A stretch of DNA of 64,000 bases from Octopus bimaculoides (lineage: Eukaryota), in contig NC_068984.1 in the NCBI RefSeq assembly GCF_001194135.2, positions 57,042,642-57,106,641 of the forward strand. The letters are read 5' to 3'. The position numbers and the translations under genes were made by a program. The first letter of the stretch is position 1; the number at the start of each line of letters is the position of its first letter. The notes under the pieces are model-generated. The model searched no databases. It was not told the DNA's origin and saw only the letters and a program-made list of their open reading frames with translations. Shown here piece after piece: positions 11,751 through 25,545 of this stretch.

Positions 11751-13565
11751 GTAAGACAGGCTGTCCATGGGAACTTCTCTATGGAAATGACCTAGTTCTC
11801 ATAGGTGAATCTGTTGAAGAATTTGAGAATAAATTCCAAACATGAAAGTCTAATAAAAACAAAACTTCAATTTAATAAGAATACAAAACTGTATTGCCAT
11901 ATAAGAAGTATCATAGTTAATATATAGAAAAGGAATAAGTAAGAATTCTAAAGTTTACGTAACATAAACTATAGTTGAACAAAAGATTCAGTGAAATCAC
12001 AGATAGGGTGACAGATGAGTCCATATGTAGTAGAATACACAGAAATTGTACCCCCCCCCCCCNNNNNNNNNNATGGACAGTTTCTAGTACCTACTCAGGT
12101 GGGTGGGGTGGGGTTCAAGGAGTTATTATCTTTTCTGAAAAAAAGGAGATTCCTTTTTTAATTTTTTTTCAATGGAGAGTAGTTTGTATGATGTTTATGC
12201 ATGAAGTATGATACTGCATGAAAGTAAAACATGAAAATTAAATGTATGATGTGTAAGTTGGAAAGCAGATCAGTGCATTGAGAAGAATATTTGTTCTAAC
12301 CCATCTTTTACACCAAAACAAAACATGTATGTGATAACACTTCCAATTTGTATGGAGATTTTTCTCTCTTTGCCTAGAAATGTTATTCTAAGATTTTGGT
12401 GATTGCTATTTTGAATTGATAATTCAGATCATGCTATGTTATTGTTTAGCCCTAGGTCAGCCCCAGTCAAACAGATTTATAATCAAAGGTATTCTAGCCA
12501 TGCCCATTCTATCTTTTTAAGTACATTGCCTAATGTATCCTTTTTCTTTCTTTTTTTCTTTTATTTTATTTAATATTCAGTATTGTCTTAGAACAGATCA
12601 TAATGATTTGATGAAACACATGAGATTTAAGCAGTAAGAGAAAAGCAGTGAAGGAGTGATGATATTGCGGTGGAAGTGTTAAGGAATTTTTGTCATTGTT
12701 TTGTTGTTGTCTTGGGTGCTTTGTTTATAGGTGTAGAAGTAATTAATAATGTTGACCTGAAAAAATGTTGCTAATGCTTGGCTAGACACAAACTTTCCTT
12801 TCTCCTGTTTCTATTTTTAGACAGTGGATATGTGATGCTTAACTCTATGAAAGCCAGGTCTAACTATTTTATTCAGTCATTTCTTGGCCTACCTTTATTC
12901 CATTTATACACTATGAGCATTTCAAGCCTTTCTTATTCATCTAACATATTCCATCCATTAATCTCTTAAATGTCCAGATTAATATTGCTTTTTCTGTTGC
13001 ACACCTAAATAATAAAACCTATTGACTTGAGTTAACCCTTAGTAAACAATTGAATTGAGGAAACTTATGTTGTATCAGAAAAAAGTAACACAAATGAATT
13101 CAAACATTGGAATAAATCTTACGTTGTGAAAATGAAGAGAAGTTTAACTTTTCTGGTCAAACACTTTGCTACATGGAGAAGTTGGGGGAGAGAGAAACAT
13201 TAGATTTTGTCTTCCTCCTGGTATAAAATTTATTCCACCATTTACACTATTTGTATCATTTAAACTTACTTCAGTTAGTATTAATTAACATATTTTAAGC
13301 ATTAAAAAAAGAAAAAAAACTAACTGAAAATAAATACTTGTGTGGAAAATACAAAATCAATTATTGTCTATGACAATGAAATACCAACACTTCCATAGTT
13401 TCCTTACTCGCAAGGATATATGGAAGGTGTAACATAGGTAGGAGCAGTTGTGATTCTCAAATCTTCTGCATGGCTTCCTATTATATGGGGGTATTGTGTA
13501 CTCAGACATGGGCTTCATGAATCACCATTGGATGAATATGAGTTTGTAAAGTACAAGAAGCAACT

Positions 13566-13581
13566 AGTAGTAGTAGTAGTG

Positions 13582-13624
<43 letters not shown>
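13566..13624. repeat. (TAG/TGG)n trinucleotide microsatellite
   Basis: Directly visible. Confidence 0.95.
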
Positions 13625-14769
13625 AAATATCTCTCTCTCTTATCTCAGACTCTAGTTATTGTGCTGTCATTACCTTTACTTTCAGCTGTAATAACATTGT
13701 TTAGAGTGCAGAGTATATCTGCTAAATCCAGAAAAATTCTTCAGAATGATCCATTGTTTTTCAATTTTGAGATAGTTTCCATATCACTATTTGTTCACCC
13801 ATTGATTGTACTTATATTATAGAGTTCTTAGATCTGGAAACTCTTCTTAAACCTTTGCCTGTCCTGTGTATCACACATTTCCTTGGCACTCATGCATCAT
13901 ATATTATATATATACTGCAAATATTTTTCAACCAATAGAGTTATTTGGGACTTATGAAAGGAGTGCTTTATATGGCTCAGAACATATGAAACAAGGGTCA
14001 ACTAAAAGTCTGAAAACAAACATGAACATTTAGGACAAACTTATGAAAATGTCTTAGACAGGTAAAAGGTTAATTATCATCTCTGATATAGATGTCACAC
14101 AGTCTGCTTTTGAACAAAATAAAGAAACACTTGATTTTCCTTTGTTTCATATTCTAGCCATTACTAATCTCATTGCTAAAATTTATGGAGCTTCATTTAT
14201 TTTCCAGTAAACCATCCACAGAACATAGATATTTTGTCCAGTGTTGCTAACTTATTGTTTTACATTCCTAAATGTTGATTTATCATCAATTGGCCTAAGG
14301 TTTATTTTTCATTAATTAGCAACAAATATTAACTTGTATCATTTAATTAATGCAATGCTACAGCACCAGCCTTACATCAGTAATTAGTAATTCTTTGTAA
14401 TGATAGTTTTCTAATAAAAATGGAGCAAATAATTAGGAATGAACTCTAACCACTGTCGAACTACTGTTCCTTTTCAACCTGTGCTGGTTTGTGACCTAAA
14501 GAGGGAGCTTGTATATGGTTGCATGATTTGCTGGAAGCAAGTCTCTATCAAATCTCACCCTACCATCTTGAAAAAGAAAGGAAACATTGGCCATTGTTGT
14601 GGTCCCTGGCATATAAAAACATAAAAAGATGGGTTGTTCATGACTGAAGACCCTTTGATCATTGGCTGGTTCAATCTGACTAACAACAGTGTCAGTGTAA
14701 TTTCCTGAGAGATCTAAAATGATCTTTATGTATCTATTTCTAATTGAGTGTGTGTGCTTGCATGTGCAT

Positions 14770-14821
<52 letters not shown>

Positions 14822-15084
14822 TCAGACCATTTCATATATCAAAATATGTACTAAACTCTACATAAGCATCATGTAAAACTGCTGATTGTATATGCATCAG
14901 GTCTCTTGCGAGTTAACTTGGGATCCCTTGACAACAAGGTAGCCTTCAATAAACTAAGGTTTCTTCAGCTTGCTGAATTGCTAGTGGAGTACCCTTTGTT
15001 GAGTAATTACTACTTCTGGGGTTCTGCTAGCTAAGAAACATATGTAGCAAGGATTTTACCTGCTCCATCCCCTAAATCTGTTCA

Positions 15085-15200
15085 TTATCATCATCGTCGT
15101 TTAACGTCCGCTTTCCATGCTAGCATGGGTTGGACAATTTGACTGAGGTCTGGTGAAACCAGATGGCTACACCAGGCTCCAATCTGATTTGGCAGAGTTT
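15085..15200 (-). mobile_element. RTE-related 3' end element
   Basis: Near-identical reverse complement of 25430-25545. Confidence 0.8.
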
Positions 15201-15704
15201 ATATATATTTATATATATAACCAGTTCAGTTGCACAGTTTTATTATTCTCATCTTATACTCTGCACAAATTTATATATTCATAGCCTATTCATAATCTCC
15301 AGCTTCTAATTGTAAGCCAACTTTCAAATTTTCTTGGTTGTAACAGTATCAAAGATTTATAGCTCATCATAAGTAATTCAGTTTAACATAAATTTTTGTT
15401 TTAATAAGTAACTTGGTAAATTGGCAAATTAAATTAACGTAAAATTATACAATTGCTGCTGGTGTATTGATATTTCTCTGCCCTTGCTTTGACTAAATAA
15501 TGTATTGCCAAGTCTCATTATGCAACAATGCGCCATGTGTAGATGACATCACACTGACTTTAGAATTATACAAACAGAGTAAGTCGCTCTGTATATTGAT
15601 ATGAACCTGCTCCAGACAATAGATTTATTAATAGTAGTTGTACAGAATTTGTCTGCAGAAAATATTTTTCCCCATTTCCCATTTTTTCCTATTGTGCAAT
15701 AAGC

Positions 15705-15850
15705 AGTGAGTTTGCAGAATCATTATAAAATTGGATTACATGCATTATGTTTATTCATTCTGTACTACTGCAGTGCCTTTATGAGTTCAAAATCTATGAA
15801 GGTCAACTTTGCCTTTCATCCTTTTGGTCTTGATAAATAAATTACCAGTC
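15705..15850 (+). mobile_element. SINE family C, diverged
   Basis: GAGTTCAAAA...GGTCAACTTTGCCTTTCATCCTTT..GATAAATAAATTACCAG. Confidence 0.7.
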
Positions 15851-16417
15851 CATCACAGTCTTTCTCACTTTCTTTCTGGAATATAGAGGCCATGCTCAAA
15901 CTGGGAAAGGAATGCGCTTCACCAGGTATAAAATGTCCCAAGTCATGCTATTTGTCATGACAGTATTCCTATGATTTTACCAGGAGTCAAGCTCCATCCT
16001 GCCATTTTGCAATTTGATTGTAGTTGATACATCACTTCTCTTACCTTATTTCAATAAATGACTTATACACATTAGAAACTAATGATGGAATATCCACATG
16101 GCCAATCAATCTGCTAAAAATAACAATCATATCATCCATTAGACCACAACCAACGTTTTTATTATATAAAATGACTCATTGGATAATGTAGTCAAGGGTC
16201 ACATTAATCATGAAAGGGAGATCTGCTTGATCCAGGCTGAATTGGAGCCTGAAGCTGAACAACAAAGAAAAAGAAAAGCATTTATTCCATATTTAGATTG
16301 AACTAACAGCATTATATTCAAGTTTCTGTTTTTGTGTGGCTCCCATAAATTATATTTTAGAAAAGAAGGACTAGAGAATATAGTTCTTGACATACACTAT
16401 ATCTGGAAAAAAGACTT

Positions 16418-16573
16418 GAGTGGCTGTGTGGTAAGTAGTTTACTTACCAACCACATGGTTCCGGATTCAGTCTCACTGCGTGGCACTTTGGGCAAGTGTC
16501 TTCTACTATAGCTTCAGGCCGACCAAAGCCTTGTGAGTGGATTTGGTAGACGGAAACTGAAAGAAGACCATCG

Positions 16574-16606
<33 letters not shown>

Positions 16607-16813
16607 ATATGTGTGTTTGTCCCCCCAACATCGCTTGACAACCGATGCTGGTGTGTTTACATCCCTGTAACTTGGCAGTTCAGCAAAAGAGACCGATAGA
16701 ATAAGTACTAGGCTTACAAAGAATAAGTCCTGGGGTCAATTTGCTCGACTAAAGGCGGTGCTCCAGCATGGCCGCAGTCAAATGACTAAAACAAATAAAA
16801 GAAAAGAAAAGAA
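16418..16813 (+). mobile_element. Full-length SINE family A (tRNA-derived head, CORE-like segment, internal microsatellite)
   Basis: Box A-like TGGCTGTGTGG, box B-like GGATTCAGTCTC, GGCACTTTGGGCAAGTG, internal (TA/TG)n, AAAAG tail. Many homologous copies in the window. Confidence 0.88.
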
Positions 16814-16899
16814 TATGATGGAAAAACCTTCATTCATAGTTCTGCTTGATTAGACCTATTACTAAACGGCAACTCATATTTTGAACAGTTTCTTGAAAA

Positions 16900-17240
16900 C
16901 TTACCATATAAGGTGGGATGAACTCATTTGATCATAGATCTGCTGGATCAAGAGTGACCTGGGGCTAAACAAGGAAAGACACATTAGATAATGTAGTCAT
17001 AGATACACTATGTCTGAATAAAAGATGGGATGGTCACAGCTGGAACACATTTGATCATAGACCTCCTAGATAAGAACTGCCCTGTGGCTAAGAAAGGAAA
17101 GACACATTAGACAATGTAGTCCTGGTTATGTTATGTCTAAATAAATGATAGGATAAACTCTGGTGGAATACATTTCATCATAGATCTGCTAGGTCAGGAC
17201 CTGGGGCTAAAGAATGAAAGATACATTTTAGATAATGTAG
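16900..17240 (+). repeat. About three head-to-tail ~120-bp copies of repeat family D 3' segment
   Basis: GAAAGA.ACATT..AGA.AATGTAGTC recurs at about 16974, 17097 and 17216; units end CCTG.GGCTAA. Confidence 0.85.
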
Positions 17241-17997
17241 TCTATCTGTCTGTTTGTCTGTCTCTCTCTCCTCTCTACTCCCTCTCTCACATATATATAT
17301 ATAATTTCTATTTCATTATTTCTGAGAGATGGTTAATCTAAAAGGCGGTGTGAAGGATAAGTTAGTTCCATTTTCATACTTCAGAGAAGTGTAAGGAATT
17401 GATATAAGGTATAAATTTCTTAGAAAAGTGTGATAAGCTAGTGAGAGAAAGGGTTGGCAGTGATTCGGTTACATTTACAAATAGATTTACATCAACTCCA
17501 TTATAAGGGTTAATCATCAATTGATAATGTGCATTAATATGCTGATCACAGTATATCTTATATATCATTTTTTGTGTGATGACAGGGTGACATTTTTATT
17601 AAAAAATTAAAAAATCTAACTTAAGTATTATAATTATGAAAATAATTATACATTATTATCACAAAGTAAAAATTTAACAAATTATATACATTTTATAAAT
17701 ACTTGAATAATTGTTATCAAAATAAAAAGAAAAGTACAGACCAAATAACAGAAAAAATAGAATTATTCTTGTAACAAGTCCTTCTTGCCATATGTTCATA
17801 CCATTTCTCTCCCCCACCCCCCGCCAAATGCCTACTTATGCCTAATGGAACAGTGCAAACTTGATTTAAGTAACCGATTCAGTGTTTGTTGACTAAGAAT
17901 AATAATTCTGAAGAAAGATAGAAATAGCCTTAAATTTTTTCCTATTTAGAATGATAATTATAATTTGTTGGATGTGGCTTGAATAGATCTCTTACAA

Positions 17998-18303
17998 AGA
18001 TTAGAGCACTCCGTCGGTTATGACGATGAGGGTCCCAGCTGATACGATCAACGGAACAGCTTGCTCTTGAAATTAATGTGCAAGTGACTGAGCAATCCAC
18101 AGGCATGTGTACCCCTAATGTAGTTCTCAGGGAGATTCAGCGTGACACAGAGTATGATAAGACCGGCCCTTTGAAATACAGGTACTACTCATTTTTGCCA
18201 GCTGAGTGAACTGGAGCAATGGACACAACGCGTTGCCGGGAATTGAACTCACGACCTTACAATCGTGAGCCAAATGCCCTAACCACTAAGCCATGCGCCT
18301 TCA
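17998..18303 (-). mobile_element. SINE family B (tRNA head, CORE-like)
   Basis: Minus-strand head GTGAAGGCGCATGGCTTAGTGGTTAGGG...GTGAGTTCAATTCCCGG; body shared with 30600 and 56381. Confidence 0.85.
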
Positions 18304-18506
18304 CTCTTCCAATGATTATTATGGTTCTAAATGCTGAATCTTTTTCAAAGTGGTTAGGGTTTTTTTTTTCTTTTGTTTAGTCCTAATCCTGATTAAGCTG
18401 ACCTATGATTAAAAGTGTTCCATTTATAACGTCGTTCTAATGTGTATATAAATAAAACGAATCTTTATCCTGTTTGGTGAGGAGTACTCAGTTTGATCGA
18501 CTAAAC

Positions 18507-18850
18507 TACATCATCATTATCATCATTTAACACCCATTTTCCATGCTGGCATGGGTTAGACAGTTTGACTAGAGCTGGTAAACTGGAGAGTTGCACCAGG
18601 CTCCAGTCTACTTTGACTTGGTTCTTACAGCTGGATGCCCTTCCTGATGCCAACCATTCTACAGAGTGTACTGGGTGTCTGTTATGTGTCACTAACACTG
18701 GCCACAACCACCATTTCATTTAGCTTGATGAGTCTTCTCAAGCACAGAAAATCACCAGAAGTCTCAGTCACTTGTCATTGCCTCCATAAGACTCAACAAT
18801 CGAAGATCATATTTCACCACTTCATCCCATGTCTTCATGGGTTACCTCTT
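18507..18850 (-). mobile_element. RTE LINE 3' end
   Basis: Reverse-complement homolog of 5724-6098. Confidence 0.85.
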
Positions 18851-21649
18851 AAACAGATTCCCTCCATAATTAAATTAAATTTGTAAAGTGGTGGAACATT
18901 CCACAGAAACATCAATGTACTCCTAACATAATTTTCAAGTAGAATCAGCATGATACAGAGTGAAGGGGTGGGGGCAAGAAATACGAAAAAGAAAATAAAG
19001 CAGGTACATTCTATCAGACAAGCTTTCACAGTTTCTGTCTACTCAGTTTCACTAACAAGGCTTGAGTTAACCTTAGACTATGGCAAAAGACACCTATCCA
19101 AGATACCAGCTTGGAACTTTGTGAAGTGAGGTTCTAAATTATTTGACCAGTAATATGGTATTATAATTTGAGAGAGATTTGACTGCAATTTTCAGCATGT
19201 TGCCTGATTACATAGATTTTATCACTGGTTCAAGTTTTTTTTTGTTTATCATTTTGCGAATTGCTGGAAGTTTTTTTGTCATGTCACAGATTATATTTGT
19301 TTAAATATAAATCTGAATTTTTAGCTTAAATGCTGGAATTTATATGAAAGCCATAGAATTTTAATCCTAAGCTTCCAAACAATCAAAAGCAGGTTTTCAC
19401 CACAATCACTGGAACATTTTCATCTATAAATTATATTTGTTTTATTTTCTAGACATCTTCTTCTGCATCATTGGACTAAAAATTCTATCATCTTTGTTAA
19501 TTTTTGTTCTTATTTGTTAAAATATTTCCTTAAATACTTCTTGTCATTGAGTCATATTCTTTTAGTATTATTTTCATAGGGAAATAGTTTGATAACACTT
19601 TACTGAATCAGAATGAATTTACCTAATCATATGTCAGTAAACCTATAATTATTATTCTTCCTTGTCATAATAACTTTTTTCTTGAATACTCTCAGTTTTC
19701 CCAGCTGATGGGATATCTTTACAAAATGAGGTAAATATCTTAATCATTGTTACATCTAACATGTTAATACAGCTTATTAGATAGAAATTATTCATAATTC
19801 TCAGTAGATATGAAGGAAATAACGAAGTGTCAGCTAAGATGATTTGTTATTTCAGCTTCAGAAGCTCACTATTCTAAGTTCAACTTCTGCTTGAGTGGCT
19901 TGCTTTTATCCTGTTGTTGTTTTGTCTAAGGTCAGCCTTGGTAAATGAAACCCATGATCAAAGGCATTGCAGCCATAACCATCCCACGTTTTTTTGCAAT
20001 GATTGAATATCTAGGACTACATTATCCAATATCCTTTCCTTTGCAAGATGGTAGTGTGTAATTTAGTGGAGTTATTTCTAGCATGTTGAGCAATCACATA
20101 AATGATCTCTCATTGGCTTGTTGCCTTTCATCTGCTTTAGGTTGGTCAATATAGCCATTGGGTCTTCGGAGTTAATTTACTTTATCCTCTCCTCTTATGA
20201 GGAATTAAATAAGTCCCAAAATTAGTAGTAAATAATGTTAGCAAAAATCACTTTGTAAAGTTCACAAATTTCAATAGGTTTTTATGCTAAGGGGAAATTT
20301 GTGTTATTTCAGTTAAAGTTCTTCATATTTATTTTCTTTGAAGAAGAGCTCTGCTTAAAACATTAACACTCACATCACACCACAACTTACAAACTTAATC
20401 AAATTTACAAACTTTGCAAGGAAATATCTGTTTGCTTAAAGAAGATTTTATTCTGTTATTTTTGTTCCTTTGTTCACTAATCAGTTGTTGAAAACAAACC
20501 TTAAACAGTAAAGTATACACATTTATTCTTAACTTCCTGTAAGATAGAGTACAACACAAAACTGCAACAACAATCAGCTTGTTCTAAAATGCATGATGTC
20601 ACACACATATACTAACCTTTTTCACATTCATTTTGTAGAAAGTGAAGAACTCTCTACTGTAAAGGAGAAAACTCTAATCCTTCAATCTTAGCTTATGTCA
20701 GAAATGCTAGTGATTTCTCATGTGGCAATAAAAAGAAGATATTGTGGCTAAATGGTGTTACGTTAAATATGTAGCTATATGTTGGTGATAAGAACTGGTA
20801 GAAGACATTTATTTGCCTTTGGTGTGTCAGGATAATCTGGAGGTGTGTGAGGTGCCCTAAGTAATTATTTTTGTAGTTGGCCCACCTATTTTGTAGGGCT
20901 TTTCTTGTTCTTATACTGTTGTGGCTATTTCTTTATTATCTATGTTCTTTATTGTTTTGATGACCTTGCCCTTTTACTCAATGTAATCCCACCTCCTCCA
21001 CTGTTTCTTGTTTGCCTTTGTATTTTACCTTTGTACTATCTCCAGTGTCTTGAGTTCTGCTGGTGAATAAAAGAAACCATCATCATTATCATCACCACCA
21101 CTACCACCATCAACATGATCATAACCACAGCTACCACTACCACCACTCATTATTATTGTTGTTGTTGCAGACTGTGAGTGACACAATGGCAGACACATCA
21201 CTCAGACAATTGACCTTTCCTTTGCACTTTGACTTATGAACAAATTCATAAAGTAGTCTACAAAATTTATGAATTTCTTTGAATGCTTGATTATAGGAGA
21301 GAAAAAAAAGAAAGTAAAGAAAAACAGAAAAAGACAATAGCAGTGAGTTTTAGAAGTTTGGGGTGAATCATTTGAAGGAATACTGAAATAGAACTTTGAA
21401 TGCTAAAATGAGAATCCTTTTGCTTGTCATAGTTATTATGGTAATTGATATGATTGATTTGAATCTCTATTCTTTATGTATAATATTTATTCCCTGTATA
21501 CAGTATCCATTATTTTAAAATCTCTTCTTCAGTGCCAGTATGGATTGGGTGGATCTACAGCATAACATCATTGTGTGCTAAAAACCTGCATCATCTCATC
21601 TGTAAAACCAAATGTTTTTTGGCCTAACCTATAATTTGTTGTTGCTATT

Positions 21650-22480
21650 ATTGAGCTGGCAGAATTGTTAGCACACAGGACGAAATACGTAACAGTATTT
21701 TACTTGTCGCTATGTTCTGAGTTCAAATTACGCCGAGGTTGACTTTGCCTTTCATCCTTTCAGGGTCAATAAATTAAGTACCAGTGAAACACTGGAGGTG
21801 GCGGTGGGGGGTGTCAATGTAATCGACAAGTCTCCTGCCCCCAAATTTCAGGCCTCGTGCTTTTAGTAGAAAGGATTATTATTAGAGGTAGGTGGATTGC
21901 AGTATCAGTAGAGCAGGGAACAAAATGTATTGCAGGAATTTGTTATATCTATGTTCAGAATTCAAATCCTTTCAGAGTCAGCTTTGTTTTCCATACTTCT
22001 GGGATCAGCAAGATAAGTAAAGTAAATTACTAGTGTGAATTAACTCAACAACTCAGTTCTTATTATAGAAATCACTTGGCTGAGTTGTTAGAGGGTCGGA
22101 CAAAAATATCTTGCAGCATTTATTCTGATTCTTTACATCTTGAGATCAAATCCAGCTGAGGCAAATTTTACCTTTCATCTCTCTGCAATCGATAAAATAA
22201 AGAAATCAAATAAGTATTGAGATTGATATAATCAACTAATTGACTTCACTCAAATTTGCTGGCCTTATGCCTAAATCAGAAGCATTATTATTAAGGTGGT
22301 AGATGGTAGAATCAAACAATGCCAGACTTTGTTTATTACATCCCATTATATTCTTGGTTCAAATTCTCTTGGGATTGTCTTTAACAGCCATCCTATGAAA
22401 ATTGTTAAAATAAGCACCAGTCAAGTATACATCCTCCCAAAAAACTTGTGGCCTTACACTGATTTTATAAATCACTTATT
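21650..22480 (+). mobile_element. Head-to-tail array of about 4 SINE family C copies
   Basis: Repeated (T)GAGTTCAAAT...TTTGCCTTTCATCCTT core; units separated by ATTATTATT tails. Confidence 0.75.
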
Positions 22481-22865
22481 AAAGACATGGTGTCCCCTAG
22501 TTGGTACAAGAAGGGAAATAATCATTTCTTCATATTTGGTGGGATTAGAAGTTTATTTACAAATATTTTTCTTTGCATACATTAATTTTAGTTACATAAA
22601 TTAAGATAGTAAATTTTAGAATTCCATTCATATAGTTTCTGTTTCCTTGTTGCTTGCTTTCATTAATAAAAACACAGGTTGTTGTTGCTGTTTAGCTTTA
22701 GGTGGATGAGCATTGCATGTAGACCTATAATCAAATCATTCCAGGTAAAAGCGTTCCTGTACTAAGTTTTACCTATGACAATTTTATCTCAGGGTCTTCC
22801 AAAGTTATTATAGTACAAAACTCCTGCTGAGACTATTGGCTCCTCTGGTTATTAAGGCTTTTCTC

Positions 22866-22924
<59 letters not shown>
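22866..22924. repeat. (CT)n microsatellite
   Basis: Directly visible. Confidence 0.95.
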
Positions 22925-22928
<4 letters not shown>

Positions 22929-23598
22929 CCCCTCTCTCCCCCATCTCTCTCTCTGCCATCTTTTGTTTGTTCTGTACCTTTTAGTACCAACTCCTTTACT
23001 TTGGCTGTTATTTACTGTTTGGCTTCCTACCTGTCCTTAGGTACCCCACTCCCTAATCATCCATGAACTCTTCTTATGTTTTTGTTTCTTTTCTTCTTGA
23101 GAGGTGGGATGTTCTTGGTATTTATTTTGTTTATTANNNNNNNNNNNNNNNNNNNNNNNNNNNNNNNNNNNNNNNNNNNNNNNNNNNNNNNNNNNNNNNN
23201 NNNNNNNNNNNNNNNNNNNNNNNNNNNNNNNNNNNNNNNNNNNNNNNNNNNNNNNNNNNNNNNNNNNNNNNNNNNNNNNNNNNNNNNNNNNNNNNNNNNN
23301 NNNNNNNNNNNNNNNNNNNNNNNNNNNNNNNNNNNNNNNNNNNNNNNNNNNNNNNNNNNNNNNNNNNNNNNNNNNNNNNNNNNNNNNNNNNNNNNNNNNN
23401 NNNNNNNNNNNNNNNNNNNNNNNNNNNNNNNNNNNNNNNNNNNNNNNNNNNNNNNNNNNNNNNNNNNNNNNNNNNNNNNNNNNNNNNNNNNNNNNNNNNN
23501 NNNNNNNNNCTTTATCCGAGGAAGAAATAAACTTTTTTTTTTCTCAAGTAAGAGATTGTTAAAGTATTACTTCCTTCACTTGTGTCTAATCCTCATAG

Positions 23599-23632
23599 GA
23601 TTATCTCAATAGTTTGTTAAAACTCGAATCAG
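23599..23632 (+). CDS. Candidate micro-exon (DYLNSLLKLES)
   Basis: CTCATAG acceptor, CAG|GTGAG donor; phase-compatible with the acceptor at 23861. Confidence 0.4.
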
Positions 23633-23861
23633 GTGAGAGGTTCTAAATCTTTCTTGTTTATTTCTTTTAATAGGTAAACATTAGCTTTATAACAAAATAG
23701 TATTCATGTTATCAGTTTTTTTTTTATTTGTTGCTTTTTTTAACCCTCATTTTTAATTGCTAGTTTTATTCAAGTTCAAACCCATTACAAAAAGCATCCC
23801 ATTTAAGTTGACATGAGCACACTGGTTAAGTATGATTGTTTTTCAGATTTTATTTCTGTAG

Positions 23862-24025
23862 ATCCATTCACATATGACTATAGAGACCAATATGGGAGTC
23901 ACAAGTCCAATCATAGACTAAGCATTTGTTGTCCCATGAGAAAATATATATGTTGGTTGCTTCATGCTACATTCTACATTCATGTTTGTGTGGGCTATGT
24001 CAGTGTTGGACTCCATCATATGTAA
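23862..24025 (+). CDS. Candidate exon (DPFTYDYRDQYGSHKSNHRLSICCPMRK...), 3' boundary uncertain
   Basis: TATTTCTGTAG acceptor and one long open frame; no strong donor. End given is the in-frame stop. Confidence 0.3.
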
Positions 24026-24427
24026 TCTCTCTTCATTTGCATTGATTATTTCCTAATAATTTCCACTTACATGTATATATATGCTTGTGTGTTAACACAT
24101 GTGTAATGATGGTGATGTGTGTGTTCGTTCATACATGTTTACACATATTCGTATACCTAATTATACACCTGCATAGACATGCACATTGACACATGTATTT
24201 ACAACTCATGCCAGCATGTAAACCTGCATTAACAATTACTGAAATGCAGATGAATTATAGTACCAATTAAATACAGTAGTAGTAGTAGTAGGAGGAGGAG
24301 TAGTAATTTTTTTTAATAACCGCTTTAATTTCATTAATTGTGCAGTACATAAAAGAAAGACATGAGTTTGAAGGACAATTACTTAATCTTAAGAAATGGA
24401 AGAAGCAGATGTATGTATGTATGTATG

Positions 24428-24468
<41 letters not shown>

Positions 24469-24520
24469 NNNNNNNNNNTATGTATGTATGTATATGTATA
24501 TGTATATATATATGTATATG

Positions 24521-24551
<31 letters not shown>

Positions 24552-25390
24552 GGGTTTCTAGCACATATTTACAGTATCAACAAGTGCATATGTGAATGTG
24601 TGATTACCACATGCTCACTCACTAATGCATTTTTCTGCATACAAAATATTTATGCAGATGTTTGGGATTATCACCTTATCTCACTTGTGGCAGTATGAAA
24701 AATGAACATTAAAGAAAGTTAGAAAACTACTTTCACCTTTGTAGGAAAGAGACAGGAGGTGGTGGGTTCAAATTGTGTTCAGAATTACAGATGATTAGAT
24801 CACTTAAAATATAAGTTTTTTCATATTCAATTTCTTTGGCTTAACATTCCAGAAGCAGGAAAATTTGGTTTTAGTATTTGTTACTTTATATTATCATCAT
24901 ATGTATTGCTTTCAAATTCATTATCTTAAGTTGGAATAGATAGATTTGTTCAAGTTTATTATACAGTATCTTTTACATATATTTCCATTTTCTGTCACTT
25001 CAGTGGTAAAGTCCAATAGTCTTAATTTTTAATGGCAGTTTGTATCACTTTCTTTCGAATCACACATATCTAAAATAGTGCAATTTTCTTCCCTATACAC
25101 ATTACCCAATGGTTTTCATTATCATTCGTTATTTTCATTCTCTGGAGCGCACTCGGCCTTCTTTTGAGTTAACATTTTATTCGAAATAGACCCCACTTAG
25201 CTCATTACTCTGCAGTTACTGTGAATTCTTTGAAATCTGTCACTGGAGCTTTAGAATATATGCATTACAATATTTATTTTGACTCTGTGATCTGAGATTG
25301 AATCCTGCCAAGGTCATCTTTGCCTTCAAGTTGATAAAAAAAAAAAGAATCAATTTAAGGTGGTAGATTAATGGGATTGTAAGAATTGAG

Positions 25391-25545
25391 TGGTTGGTGT
25401 TAGTTAGGAAGGGCATCCAGCTGTAGAAACTCTGCCAAATCAGATTGTAGCCATCTGGTTTCACCAGTCCTCAGTCAAATCGTCCAACCCATGCTAGCAT
25501 GGAAAGCGGACGTTAAACGATGATGATGATGATGATGATGATGAT
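25391..25545 (+). mobile_element. RTE-related 3' end element with (GAT)n tail
   Basis: TAGGAAGGGCATCCAGCTGTAGAAAC...GCGGACGTTAAACGATGATGATG. Confidence 0.85.

Noticed and set aside
15513-15589. Exon candidate SLCNNAPCVDDITLTLELYKQ with strong GTAAGT donor
   Set aside because: The acceptor lacks a polypyrimidine tract and its phase does not fit the neighbouring candidates; left unresolved.
16900-17240. Regularly spaced repeats that superficially resemble a CRISPR array
   Set aside because: Eukaryotic context, ~120-bp diverged units homologous to a dispersed repeat, no unique spacers and no cas genes.
23862-23882. DPFTYDY matches the FXYD/phospholemman signature
   Set aside because: The following residues are polar (RDQYGSHKSNH), with no adjacent glycine-containing transmembrane helix and no splice donor right after the motif. 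Probably chance.
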